Assembly (NCBI GenBank): GCA_009692925.1
Contig: SHYG01000002.1
Coordinates: 1-61,020, forward strand
DNA from: Dehalococcoidia bacterium
GTDB taxonomy: Bacteria > Chloroflexota > Dehalococcoidia > Lucifugimonadales > UBA3495
Direction of reading: 5' to 3'
Length of the DNA stretch: 61,020 nt
Shown here: piece by piece, positions 18,472 to 25,982 of the stretch
Layout: the number at the start of each line of letters is the position of its first letter
How positions within the stretch are numbered: position 1 is the stretch's first letter
Notes under the pieces: generated by a model
Seen by the model: only the letters and a program-made list of their open reading frames with translations
The model's database searches: none
Told to the model about the DNA's origin: nothing
Program-made: the position numbers and the translations under genes

Positions 18472-19643
18472 CCACCGTCCTTGAACTGGTAGCGCAGATT
18501 CACTCCACGCCCCACAAGGGGGTGGTGGTGGTGGCTGGCGGCGGCGCCCAGGGTTTGGCCTGGCTGATGGAAGTGCCGGGCGCCTCCCGCACCGTCCTGG
18601 AAGCGCTTGTGCCCTACGGCCGCCGGTCAATGATCCAGTTCCTGGGAGAGGAACCGGCGCAATACGTCTCGGTCCAGACTGCCCAGGACATGGCCCGCGC
18701 CGCCTACCGGCGGGGCATGATTCTGCGGGAGGATGCCTCCCCGGTGGTGGGCCTGGCCTGCACCGCAACTATCGCCACCGACCGGCCCAAGCGGGGCGAC
18801 CACCGCTGTTGCGTCGCGGCTTGGGGCCAAGATGGGGTGGCGACCTACGACCTGGTGCTGGCCAAAGGCCGCCGCGACCGTTCCGGCGAGGAACTGGTGG
18901 TGAGCCGCCTGCTGCTGCGTGCCCTGGCGGAGGCCTGCGGCATCGCCTCCAGCCTCTCCCTGGAGTTGATTGACTCCGAGGACTTGAAAGTCCGGCATCA
19001 GGCCCACCCTAGCCCCATCCAGCGCCTGCTGTCTGGGGAGATTAGCCTGGTGTTGGCCAACCCCGACGGCAGTTTTGCGGTGGACGAGGTAATACCCCCC
19101 TTTCGCAAAGGGGGGCTAGGGGGGATTTCGGCGTTGCTCCCCGGCTCCTTCAACCCGCTGCACCACGGCCACCAGGAGCTGGCGCGAGTCGCCCAGGAAA
19201 TTCTGGGGGCAACCGTGGCCTTCGAGTTGTCCGTGGTGAACGTGGACAAGCCGCCGTTGGAAGAGGCGGAGGTGCGCCGCCGCCTGGCGCAGTTCGCCGG
19301 GCAAGCCCCGGTGGTGCTGACGCGGGCAGAGACCTTCCGAAAAAAGGCTGGCCTGCTGCCCGGCTGTGCCTTTGTCATCGGCTGGGACACCGCAGTGCGT
19401 CTGGTGGAGCCCCGGTACTACGGTGGGCACGCGGCCATGCTCACCGCCTTGGCCGAGATGTGGGCGCTGGGTTGCCGGTTCCTGGTCGCGGGCCGGGAGC
19501 ACCAGGGGCGCTTCCACACCCTGGAGGACATCGCCATCCCGCAAGGATTCCAGCCGCTGTTCCAGGCCATCCCCCAGTCCAGCTTCCGCGCCGACATCTC
19601 CTCCACCGCGCTTCGGGCCAGACAGGGTAGCCAACCAAATTGA
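18468..19643 (+). CDS. two-domain protein: CinA-C/PncC-like domain fused to an HxGH nucleotidyltransferase (NadD/NMNAT-like) domain
   Basis: ATGA overlap with the upstream stop. Contains GGGAQGLAWLMEVPGASRTVLEALVPY and GSFNPLHHGH. A palindromic element is inserted in-frame at 19091..19130 in the linker. Confidence 0.6.
   Translation: MTTVLELVAQIHSTPHKGVVVVAGGGAQGLAWLMEVPGASRTVLEALVPYGRRSMIQFLGEEPAQYVSVQTAQDMARAAYRRGMILREDASPVVGLACTATIATDRPKRGDHRCCVAAWGQDGVATYDLVLAKGRRDRSGEELVVSRLLLRALAEACGIASSLSLELIDSEDLKVRHQAHPSPIQRLLSGEISLVLANPDGSFAVDEVIPPFRKGGLGGISALLPGSFNPLHHGHQELARVAQEILGATVAFELSVVNVDKPPLEEAEVRRRLAQFAGQAPVVLTRAETFRKKAGLLPGCAFVIGWDTAVRLVEPRYYGGHAAMLTALAEMWALGCRFLVAGREHQGRFHTLEDIAIPQGFQPLFQAIPQSSFRADISSTALRARQGSQPN
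19091..19130. repeat. GC-rich palindromic element, copy D, inside a CDS and in-frame (encodes IPPFRKGGLGGIS)
   Basis: AATACCCCCCTTTCGCAAAGGGGGGCTAGGGGGGATTTCG. Confidence 0.85.
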
Positions 19644-19669
19644 CACCCAATTCGGGCCAATGTTATATT
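19640..19669 (+). promoter_or_regulatory. near-consensus sigma70 promoter for the nuo operon
   Basis: TTGACA (19640..19645), 17-18-nt spacer, TGTTATATT extended -10, about 95 nt upstream of nuoA. Confidence 0.55.
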
Positions 19670-19763
19670 GGCATCGTCATTTGATGGTGATTGGCTGCGG
19701 AACACCTGCTGGGCCGCTGGCTGGGAATCTCTCCAACACCACACTCTCTGATCTTGGACGGCC

Positions 19764-20150
19764 TTGGACGCCAACGTCTTCGCCCAAAATTGGACCGCCG
19801 TAGTCTTGTCCGCCGTGGTGGCCGCCGTGGCCATGGGGGGCATGTTCGCTGCATCCCGCCTGCTCTCCTCCCGGCGTCCCTCTGCGGTAAAGCTCTCTAC
19901 TTACGAGTGCGGAATCCCGCCCACCAGCTACAGCTGGTCCAACGTCAGCATCCGCTTCTACATTTTGGCAATCCTGTTCCTCATGTTTGACGTGGAAGCC
20001 GTGTTCCTCTTCCCCTGGGCCGTCATCTTCCTCAAGGAGCAGGCCCTGGGCAACCCGGTGCCGTTCTACGCCATGATGATGTTCCTGGCGATTATGTTCT
20101 TCGCCGTGGTCTACGGCTGGAAGAAGGGGGTGCTGGAGTGGCAGAAATAG
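19764..20150 (+). CDS. nuoA: NADH-quinone oxidoreductase subunit A
   Basis: YECGIPP...[22 protein letters not shown]. Confidence 0.95.
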   Translation: MDANVFAQNWTAVVLSAVVAAVAMGGMFAASRLLSSRRPSAVKLSTYECGIPPTSYSWSNVSIRFYILAILFLMFDVEAVFLFPWAVIFLKEQALGNPVPFYAMMMFLAIMFFAVVYGWKKGVLEWQK

Positions 20151-20695
20151 TCCCGGGCCAGCCTCTCGCCTACGTGAAGGGCCAGGGCAACGTCCCTGCG
20201 CCCAGCCTGATGGACCAGGCCATGGCCGGCAAGCTGCCGGGGGTGATCACCGCCTCCAAGGACCAGCTCTTCGCCCTGGCCCGCAAGTCGTCGCTGTGGA
20301 CCCTGAGCTTCGGGCTGGCCTGCTGCGCCATTGAGATGATATCCACCTACATGGCCGACCACGATTTCGACCGGTTTGGGGTCGTCACCTGGCCTTCCCC
20401 GCGCCAGGCCGACGTGATGATTGTGGCCGGCACGGTGGTCAAGAAGATGGCTGACCCCATCCGCCTGCTGTACGAACAGATGCCCGACCCCAAGTGGGTC
20501 ATCGCCATGGGGAGCTGCGCCACCAACGGCGGGCCGTACTACCGCTCCTACTCGGTGGTCATGGGCGTGGACCACATCATCCCGGTGGATGTCTACGTTC
20601 CCGGTTGCCCGCCCCGGCCGGAAGCACTCCTGTACGGCATTCTGGAACTCCAGAAAAAAATTATGCTGGACGCCAAGCAGAGTGGCGGAAAGTAA
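20138..20695 (+). CDS. nuoB: NADH-quinone oxidoreductase subunit B
   Basis: [17 protein letters not shown] and [12 protein letters not shown]2-cluster motifs. Confidence 0.95.
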   Translation: MAEIVPGQPLAYVKGQGNVPAPSLMDQAMAGKLPGVITASKDQLFALARKSSLWTLSFGLACCAIEMISTYMADHDFDRFGVVTWPSPRQADVMIVAGTVVKKMADPIRLLYEQMPDPKWVIAMGSCATNGGPYYRSYSVVMGVDHIIPVDVYVPGCPPRPEALLYGILELQKKIMLDAKQSGGK

Positions 20696-21269
20696 CGCCC
20701 CCAGCTCCTCGCCGGGGGCAGGCGAGACTCCAGCGCCCCCCGCCGCGCGGGCACGCCCTCCGGCCGCTCCCCACGGGGCGACAGAGGCGGCAGGCCCAGA
20801 AAAACTCCCTCCAAAGGCCCAGGAGTTGCTGGCCCGCGCCCAGACTGTATTGGCGGACTTCCATCCCCAGCCGGGGGCCCTGGGCGACTTGCCCCAGTTG
20901 ACCGTGAACGCCGCCAGCATTGCCAAAGTGTGCCTCCGGGCGCGCAACGACCCGCGACTGGACCTGAAGATGCTTCATTGCCTGGCTGCTGTGGACTACA
21001 AAGACCACTTCCAGGTGGTGTACTTCCTCCACTCGCTGACTCAGGAGGGTACCCTGGCCATCAAGGCCGATGTGCCGGCGGCGACGCCCTCCCTGCCCTC
21101 GGTGACTTCCGTGTGGGCCGCGGCGGACTGGTACGAGCGCGAGGCTCACGACCTGTTTGGCATTGGCTTTGACGGCCACCCGAATATGTCCCCGTTGCTG
21201 CTGTACGAAGGTTTTGAGGGGTACCCTGGCCGCAAGGAGTTCCCCTTCAACGACTACCAGGAGTTCTAA
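20682..21269 (+). CDS. nuoC: NADH-quinone oxidoreductase subunit C with Pro/Ala-rich N-terminal extension
   Basis: [18 protein letters not shown]. No ATG occurs after the nuoB stop. The in-frame GTG at 20682 is proposed as the start, which is uncertain. Confidence 0.8.
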   Translation: MAESNAPSSSPGAGETPAPPAARARPPAAPHGATEAAGPEKLPPKAQELLARAQTVLADFHPQPGALGDLPQLTVNAASIAKVCLRARNDPRLDLKMLHCLAAVDYKDHFQVVYFLHSLTQEGTLAIKADVPAATPSLPSVTSVWAAADWYEREAHDLFGIGFDGHPNMSPLLLYEGFEGYPGRKEFPFNDYQEF

Positions 21270-21275
21270 GCATCC

Positions 21276-21521
21276 TTGGAGCAACTGGTGCTGACCGCGC
21301 GAGTGGTGTTGGAAGAGGGCACGTACGTGGCCCGGGTGGACGGCCTTCCCCTGGAGGGGCGCGGCGACACCCTGCGTCAGGCCCAGGTCCAGTTGGTGCA
21401 GGTCATGCGGGCCTGGATCGAGGCGCAGGAGACCGCCGGACGCCTGGTGGAAGTCCTGGCTCAGGCTGGGTTTCCCGGCGCCGACGACGACACGGAGTTG
21501 CAACTGGAGTTTGCGGAGTAG
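21276..21521 (+). CDS. HicB-like (UPF0150 fold) small protein between nuoC and nuoD
   Basis: LTARVVLEEGTYVARVDGLPLEGRGDTLRQAQVQLVQVMRAWIE matches the HicB/UPF0150 pattern. Native GC-rich codons. Start is TTG, or GTG at 21288. Confidence 0.55.
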   Translation: MEQLVLTARVVLEEGTYVARVDGLPLEGRGDTLRQAQVQLVQVMRAWIEAQETAGRLVEVLAQAGFPGADDDTELQLEFAE

Positions 21522-21545
21522 GGGCGCACAGCTGTGCGCCCCTAC
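21518..21545. repeat. perfect 28-nt palindrome GTAGGGGCGCACAGCTGTGCGCCCCTAC (REP-like)
   Basis: Overlaps the TAG stop of the HicB-like ORF, 25 nt before nuoD. Confidence 0.8.
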
Positions 21546-21570
21546 GTACCCCTAACATAAAGGCATATGG

Positions 21571-22713
21571 ATGTGTCCAAACATGGTTGAAACCCACGCT
21601 AACTTGGCCGCTGGCGGTCAGCCGGTGGAGATGCTGCTCAACATGGGGCCGCAGCATCCCTCCACTCATGGCGTTTTCCGCCTGGTGCTCTGGATTGACG
21701 GCGAGAAGATCGTGCGGGCCGAGCCTCACATCGGCTACCTCCACCGCGGCTCGGAAAAGCTGTGCGAGGGGGAGCAGTACCACCAGGTCATCACCCTCTT
21801 CGACCGGCTGGACTACGTAGCCAACTTCAACAACGAGTGGGCCTACTGCCGGGCGGTGGAAAAGCTCATGGGGCTGGCGGTGCCGGAGCGGGCCGAGTAC
21901 GCGCGAGTAATCCTGGGGGAGCTGAACCGCATCGCCAGCCACCTGCTGTACGTGGGCACCATGGGGCTGGACGCCGGCGCCATGACCCCCTCCATGTTCT
22001 GCTTCCGGGGCCGGGAGCGGGTGCAAGCCCTCTTCGAGGCGGTCTCCGGCGCCCGCATGATGCACAACTACTTCCGCATCGGAGGCCTGAAGGAGGAGCT
22101 GCCGGAAAACTTCCGCCAGCTCATGTCCGGCCTGCTGCCCCTGCTCAAGAAGGATGTAGAAGAAAGCGACAAGATTCTGACCTTCAACGAGATTTTCCTG
22201 GCCCGGCTCAAAGGCGTGGGGGCCATCGGCGCTCCGGAAGCGGTGGACTTCGGCTTCACCGGCCCCTGTCTGCGGGCCTGCGGCGTGGAGTACGACTGCC
22301 GCCGGGCACAGCCCTACTCCGTCTACGACCGATTCGAGTTCGAGGTGCCGGTGGGTCTGGACGGCGACTGCTGGGATCGCCACTGGGTGCGGGTGCAGGA
22401 AATGTACCAGTCCCTGCGCATCATCGAGCAGGCCCTGGCGCAGATGCCGGAAGGCCCGGTCACATCGCCTCTGGGCCGTCGGCTCATCCGTCCGCCCAAG
22501 GGCGAGGTGTACGTGCGGGCGGAGAATCCCCGGGGCGAACTGGGCGTCTACCTGGTTAGCGACGGCACCGACAAGCCCTACAGGGTCAAGGTCCGCCCGC
22601 CATCCTTCTGCAACCTATCCGCCATCCAGCGCCTGCTGCAGAACTCCTGGATCGCCGACTCGGTGGTCATCCTGGGCTCCCTGGACATCGTCTTAGGGGA
22701 GGTGGACCGCTGA
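21571..22713 (+). CDS. nuoD: NADH-quinone oxidoreductase subunit D
   Basis: MGPQHPSTHGVFRL and C-terminal SLDIVLGEVDR. Confidence 0.95.
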   Translation: MCPNMVETHANLAAGGQPVEMLLNMGPQHPSTHGVFRLVLWIDGEKIVRAEPHIGYLHRGSEKLCEGEQYHQVITLFDRLDYVANFNNEWAYCRAVEKLMGLAVPERAEYARVILGELNRIASHLLYVGTMGLDAGAMTPSMFCFRGRERVQALFEAVSGARMMHNYFRIGGLKEELPENFRQLMSGLLPLLKKDVEESDKILTFNEIFLARLKGVGAIGAPEAVDFGFTGPCLRACGVEYDCRRAQPYSVYDRFEFEVPVGLDGDCWDRHWVRVQEMYQSLRIIEQALAQMPEGPVTSPLGRRLIRPPKGEVYVRAENPRGELGVYLVSDGTDKPYRVKVRPPSFCNLSAIQRLLQNSWIADSVVILGSLDIVLGEVDR

Positions 22714-22762
22714 TGGGCGCACCAGTGGCCTTCAAAGAGTGGCCCCCCAAAGGACGGTTTAT

Positions 22763-22993
22763 ATGGAATATGTGAAGATCAAGTTACTAGACCCCGAGGA
22801 TGAAGCTAAGGCCTTCTTCCACCTTGTCCAACTGAGTAAGGTTGTATCGTTGAATGAAGGTGGAGTAGAGGTCTTCATCGTCCCCGGAAAAAGTCTCGCT
22901 GTCCTTGACCAGAAGGAGCTAGCCTTTCAGGTGCTGGGAGAAATGGGGTACGATGGCGTCCTTCAGGCGTTACGAAGTTCTCTTACCCCTTAG
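22763..22993 (+). CDS. hypothetical small acidic protein (76 aa), low-GC insert in the nuo operon
   Basis: ATG at 22763 after AAAGGA. About 49 percent GC by hand count, against clearly GC-richer neighbours. No family recognised. Confidence 0.5.
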   Translation: MEYVKIKLLDPEDEAKAFFHLVQLSKVVSLNEGGVEVFIVPGKSLAVLDQKELAFQVLGEMGYDGVLQALRSSLTP

Positions 22994-23273
22994 TTACAAC
23001 GACGGCTCTCCAGTCGAGCGAGAGAACATTATCCAGACTCGGCGTGAGCTTTTGGTTCGATTCGGAGCATTAACCTCCTATCTCGACCCTCTGATGGGTT
23101 ACTGGACAGCACCAACTGGCGCGGTGGTTGAAGATCGGTTAGTACGGCTGGTTGTCGATGTGCCAGACACCACCGAAAATCGGGAGTTCTTCGTCCAGCG
23201 GAAAGAGGTATTGAAGGAGCGATTCCAGCTGCTGGAAGTTTGGATTACAGGCATCCCTCTGGATATAATCTGA
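22953..23273 (+). CDS. hypothetical protein (106 aa), low-GC insert in the nuo operon, overlaps the upstream ORF by 41 nt
   Basis: MASFRRYEVLLPLSYNDGSPVE...REFFVQRKEVLKERFQLLEVWIT. No family recognised. Confidence 0.5.
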   Translation: MASFRRYEVLLPLSYNDGSPVERENIIQTRRELLVRFGALTSYLDPLMGYWTAPTGAVVEDRLVRLVVDVPDTTENREFFVQRKEVLKERFQLLEVWITGIPLDII

Positions 23274-23297
23274 AAACGGGGTCACAGTGGTAGACAA

Positions 23298-24455
23298 TTG
23301 GAAATCATAGACATCCTCACAATTATCGTGAAGCTGGCAGTGCTTTTCACCATCCTCAGCGTGGTGGTGCTGGGCCTGACCTGGCTGGAGCGCAAGGTGC
23401 TGGGACGCCTGCAGGGGCGCTTGGGACCAACTCGCACCGGCCCGATGGGTCTGCTTCAGCCCCTGGCCGACGCCCTGAAGCTGGTGCTCAAGGAAGACAT
23501 TATCCCCACCGCCGCGGAGAAGGTGCTGTTCTGGATTGCGCCGGTCATTGTAGTTATTTCGGCCTTTGTCATTTGGGTCACTATTCCCGCTTCCCAGAGT
23601 CTCGTAGTTCAGAACCTGGACCTCGGACTCTTCTACATCATCGCCTTCTCGGTGGTGGGGATTCTGGGCTTGCTGATGGCCGGCTGGGGCTCGGCCAACA
23701 AGTACGGCGCGCTGGGCGGCCTGCGGGCGGCGGCCCAGCTTATCAGTTACGAGATTCCCCTCATCATGGTGGTGGTGGCGATGGCAATGCTGGCCCAGTC
23801 CCTGGACCTGCGAGTCATCGTTGAGAAGCAAAGCAGCTACCCCTACCTGCTGCTGCAGCCCCTGGGTTTGGTCATCTTCTTCATCGCCGGCCTGGCGGAG
23901 GTTGGCCGCACGCCCTTCGACATCTACCACGCCGAGTCGGAGGTAGTGGGTGGCCCCTTTGTGGAGTACAGCGGCGCCCATTGGGCTGTGTTTTTCCTGG
24001 CGGAGTACATCAACACCTTCGCCGTGGCGGCGCTCACGGCCCTGCTCTTCCTGGGAGGATGGTCCGGTCCTTTCCTGCCGCCGGTGGTCTGGTTGCTGCT
24101 CAAAACCCTGGCGGTGGTGCTGGTCATCTTCTGGGTGCGCGGCACCTTCCCCCGGCTGCGCATTGACCAGCTTATGGCCTTTGCCTGGAAGGCCCTGGTG
24201 CCGCTGTCCTTTTATGTTATTGTCATCACCGCGGTGTACCAGTTCTATGGCTGGCCTGCCTGGAGCCTCACTCTCATGTCCCTGGCGGGACTGGCGGGCG
24301 TGGGTTATCTGGTGTACCAGCGCATGACCGCCCCGGCCCGCCAGGTGAAGCAGGTGCAGGCGCGGCAACGGGCACTGGCCCAATCTCGCCGCGCGGCTGC
24401 CGCGGGCGGGACTCCCCCGGCGCCGCAGCCGGTTGCGACCCAAGGGCCAGGCTGA
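23298..24455 (+). CDS. nuoH: NADH-quinone oxidoreductase subunit H
   Basis: ERKVLGRLQGRLGPTRTGPMGLLQPLADALKL. TTG start. Confidence 0.95.
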   Translation: MEIIDILTIIVKLAVLFTILSVVVLGLTWLERKVLGRLQGRLGPTRTGPMGLLQPLADALKLVLKEDIIPTAAEKVLFWIAPVIVVISAFVIWVTIPASQSLVVQNLDLGLFYIIAFSVVGILGLLMAGWGSANKYGALGGLRAAAQLISYEIPLIMVVVAMAMLAQSLDLRVIVEKQSSYPYLLLQPLGLVIFFIAGLAEVGRTPFDIYHAESEVVGGPFVEYSGAHWAVFFLAEYINTFAVAALTALLFLGGWSGPFLPPVVWLLLKTLAVVLVIFWVRGTFPRLRIDQLMAFAWKALVPLSFYVIVITAVYQFYGWPAWSLTLMSLAGLAGVGYLVYQRMTAPARQVKQVQARQRALAQSRRAAAAGGTPPAPQPVATQGPG

Positions 24456-24488
24456 GGCCTTGCGCCCTCCCACCGTTGAGGTTAACCC

Positions 24489-25052
24489 ATGCTGAACAGT
24501 ATTAAAGGACTAGCCCTCACCTTCATGTCTACCCTGCGCGGCCTGCGGAAGCCGGTGACGCACCAGTATCCCAATTCAGGTTCGCTATTGGGAAAGCGGG
24601 CGGTGCCCACCCCGGTGCAGGACCGGTTCATGGGATTTCCTGCTCTCACCTGGGACCAGGAAGTTGGCGAGCCTTTCTGCACCAGTTGCATGGTGTGCAT
24701 CCGCAACTGTCCCACCCAGTGCATGACCGCCACCATGAAGGACAACCCGCTCAACGCCGAGGGTAAGAGCTCCCGCCGCAAGATCGTCGACCAGTTTGAA
24801 ATCAACCTTAACCGGTGTATACTGTGCGGGATTTGCGTCGAGGTCTGCAACTTTGACGCCATTGTCATGAGCCACGAGCACGAAATGAGCACCTACCAGC
24901 GCAACGGCGACCGGGTGGACCTCCCTGCCCTGCTGACCATCGGCAAGAGGTACCAATACAAAACAGGCTGGCAGCCGGTGGCCACCAAGGTCAAAAAGGC
25001 TCCTGCGCCCCAGCCGGTGGCCGCGCCTGCGGAAGGGGAGGCCAAGGGTTAG
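24489..25052 (+). CDS. nuoI: NADH-quinone oxidoreductase subunit I
   Basis: Two 4Fe-4S motifs, CTSCMVCIRNCP and CILCGICVEVCN. Confidence 0.95.
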   Translation: MLNSIKGLALTFMSTLRGLRKPVTHQYPNSGSLLGKRAVPTPVQDRFMGFPALTWDQEVGEPFCTSCMVCIRNCPTQCMTATMKDNPLNAEGKSSRRKIVDQFEINLNRCILCGICVEVCNFDAIVMSHEHEMSTYQRNGDRVDLPALLTIGKRYQYKTGWQPVATKVKKAPAPQPVAAPAEGEAKG

Positions 25053-25151
25053 ACCGACCTTCATGTATACCTTCTTCCCAGGATTATTTGTGCCGATTAC
25101 TTCAGGGAGCCGCCAGTTTGGTGGCTCCTGTTTTGACGGGCGTTCGTAACC

Positions 25152-25640
25152 GTGTCCTGGCTTCTCTTCGGGCTGCTGGCGGTGCTGACCCTGGGTGGAG
25201 GCTTGGGCGTGGTGGCCACCCGCAACGTGGTCCATGCTGCACTGTTCCTGCTGCTCTCTCTAACCGCGGTCGCCGGCGTCTACTTGGTGCTTTTCGCCGA
25301 GTTCCTGGCCCTGGTGCAGATTCTGATCTACGGCGGCGCCATTGTCATTGTGGTGCTCTTCGCCGTCATGCTCACCCGCTCCAGCGACTACCCTCGCATC
25401 TCCGACAACCGGCAGTGGCCCCTGGCGGTGGTGGCGGCCCTGGGCGTGCTGGGGGTGCTGGCGGCGGCCTTCATGTCCCGCCCATCTCCGGTCACGCGGC
25501 CCCAAAGCCCAGTCTTCGACGAGCTAGCCAGCTCATTGTTCACCCGATGGGCGGTGCCCTTTGAGGTCGCCTCCCTGGTGCTGCTGGTGGCCCTCATCGG
25601 CGCCATCATCATCGCCCGCGCCAGCGGGAACGAGCGCTAG
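25152..25640 (+). CDS. nuoJ: NADH-quinone oxidoreductase subunit J
   Basis: FLALVQILIYGGAIVIVVLFAVML. Confidence 0.9.
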   Translation: MSWLLFGLLAVLTLGGGLGVVATRNVVHAALFLLLSLTAVAGVYLVLFAEFLALVQILIYGGAIVIVVLFAVMLTRSSDYPRISDNRQWPLAVVAALGVLGVLAAAFMSRPSPVTRPQSPVFDELASSLFTRWAVPFEVASLVLLVALIGAIIIARASGNER

Positions 25641-25643
25641 CCC

Positions 25644-25964
25644 GTGGTGCCGCTGACCTACTTCCAGCTGCTCAGCGCCGCCCTCTTCGCCATTGGGCTG
25701 TACGGGGTTTTGGCCCGGCGCAGCGCCGTGCTCATCGTGCTGTCCATCGAGCTGATGCTCAACGCCGTCAACATCAACCTCATCGCCGCGGCCTCCCACA
25801 TGGACGGGGTTGGCCGCTTCTCGAACTTCGACGGCCAGATCATCGCCATCTTTGTTATCACCATCGCCGCCGCGGAAGTGGGTCTGGCGCTGGCGATCAT
25901 CCTGCGAATGTACCGCAACCGCGCTACGGTGGATGTGGACGAAATCAATCTCATGAAGTGGTAG
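25644..25964 (+). CDS. nuoK: NADH-quinone oxidoreductase subunit K
   Basis: LSIELMLNAVNINLIA. Confidence 0.95.
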   Translation: MVPLTYFQLLSAALFAIGLYGVLARRSAVLIVLSIELMLNAVNINLIAAASHMDGVGRFSNFDGQIIAIFVITIAAAEVGLALAIILRMYRNRATVDVDEINLMKW

Positions 25965-25982
25965 GACTCAAGGCACTTACTC

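Noticed and set aside
22714-23297. Direct repeats bounding the low-GC insert in the nuo operon (CACCAGTGG at about 22728 versus CACAGTGG at about 23284).
   Set aside because: They are too short and imperfect to distinguish from chance. The foreign-origin argument rests on composition only.
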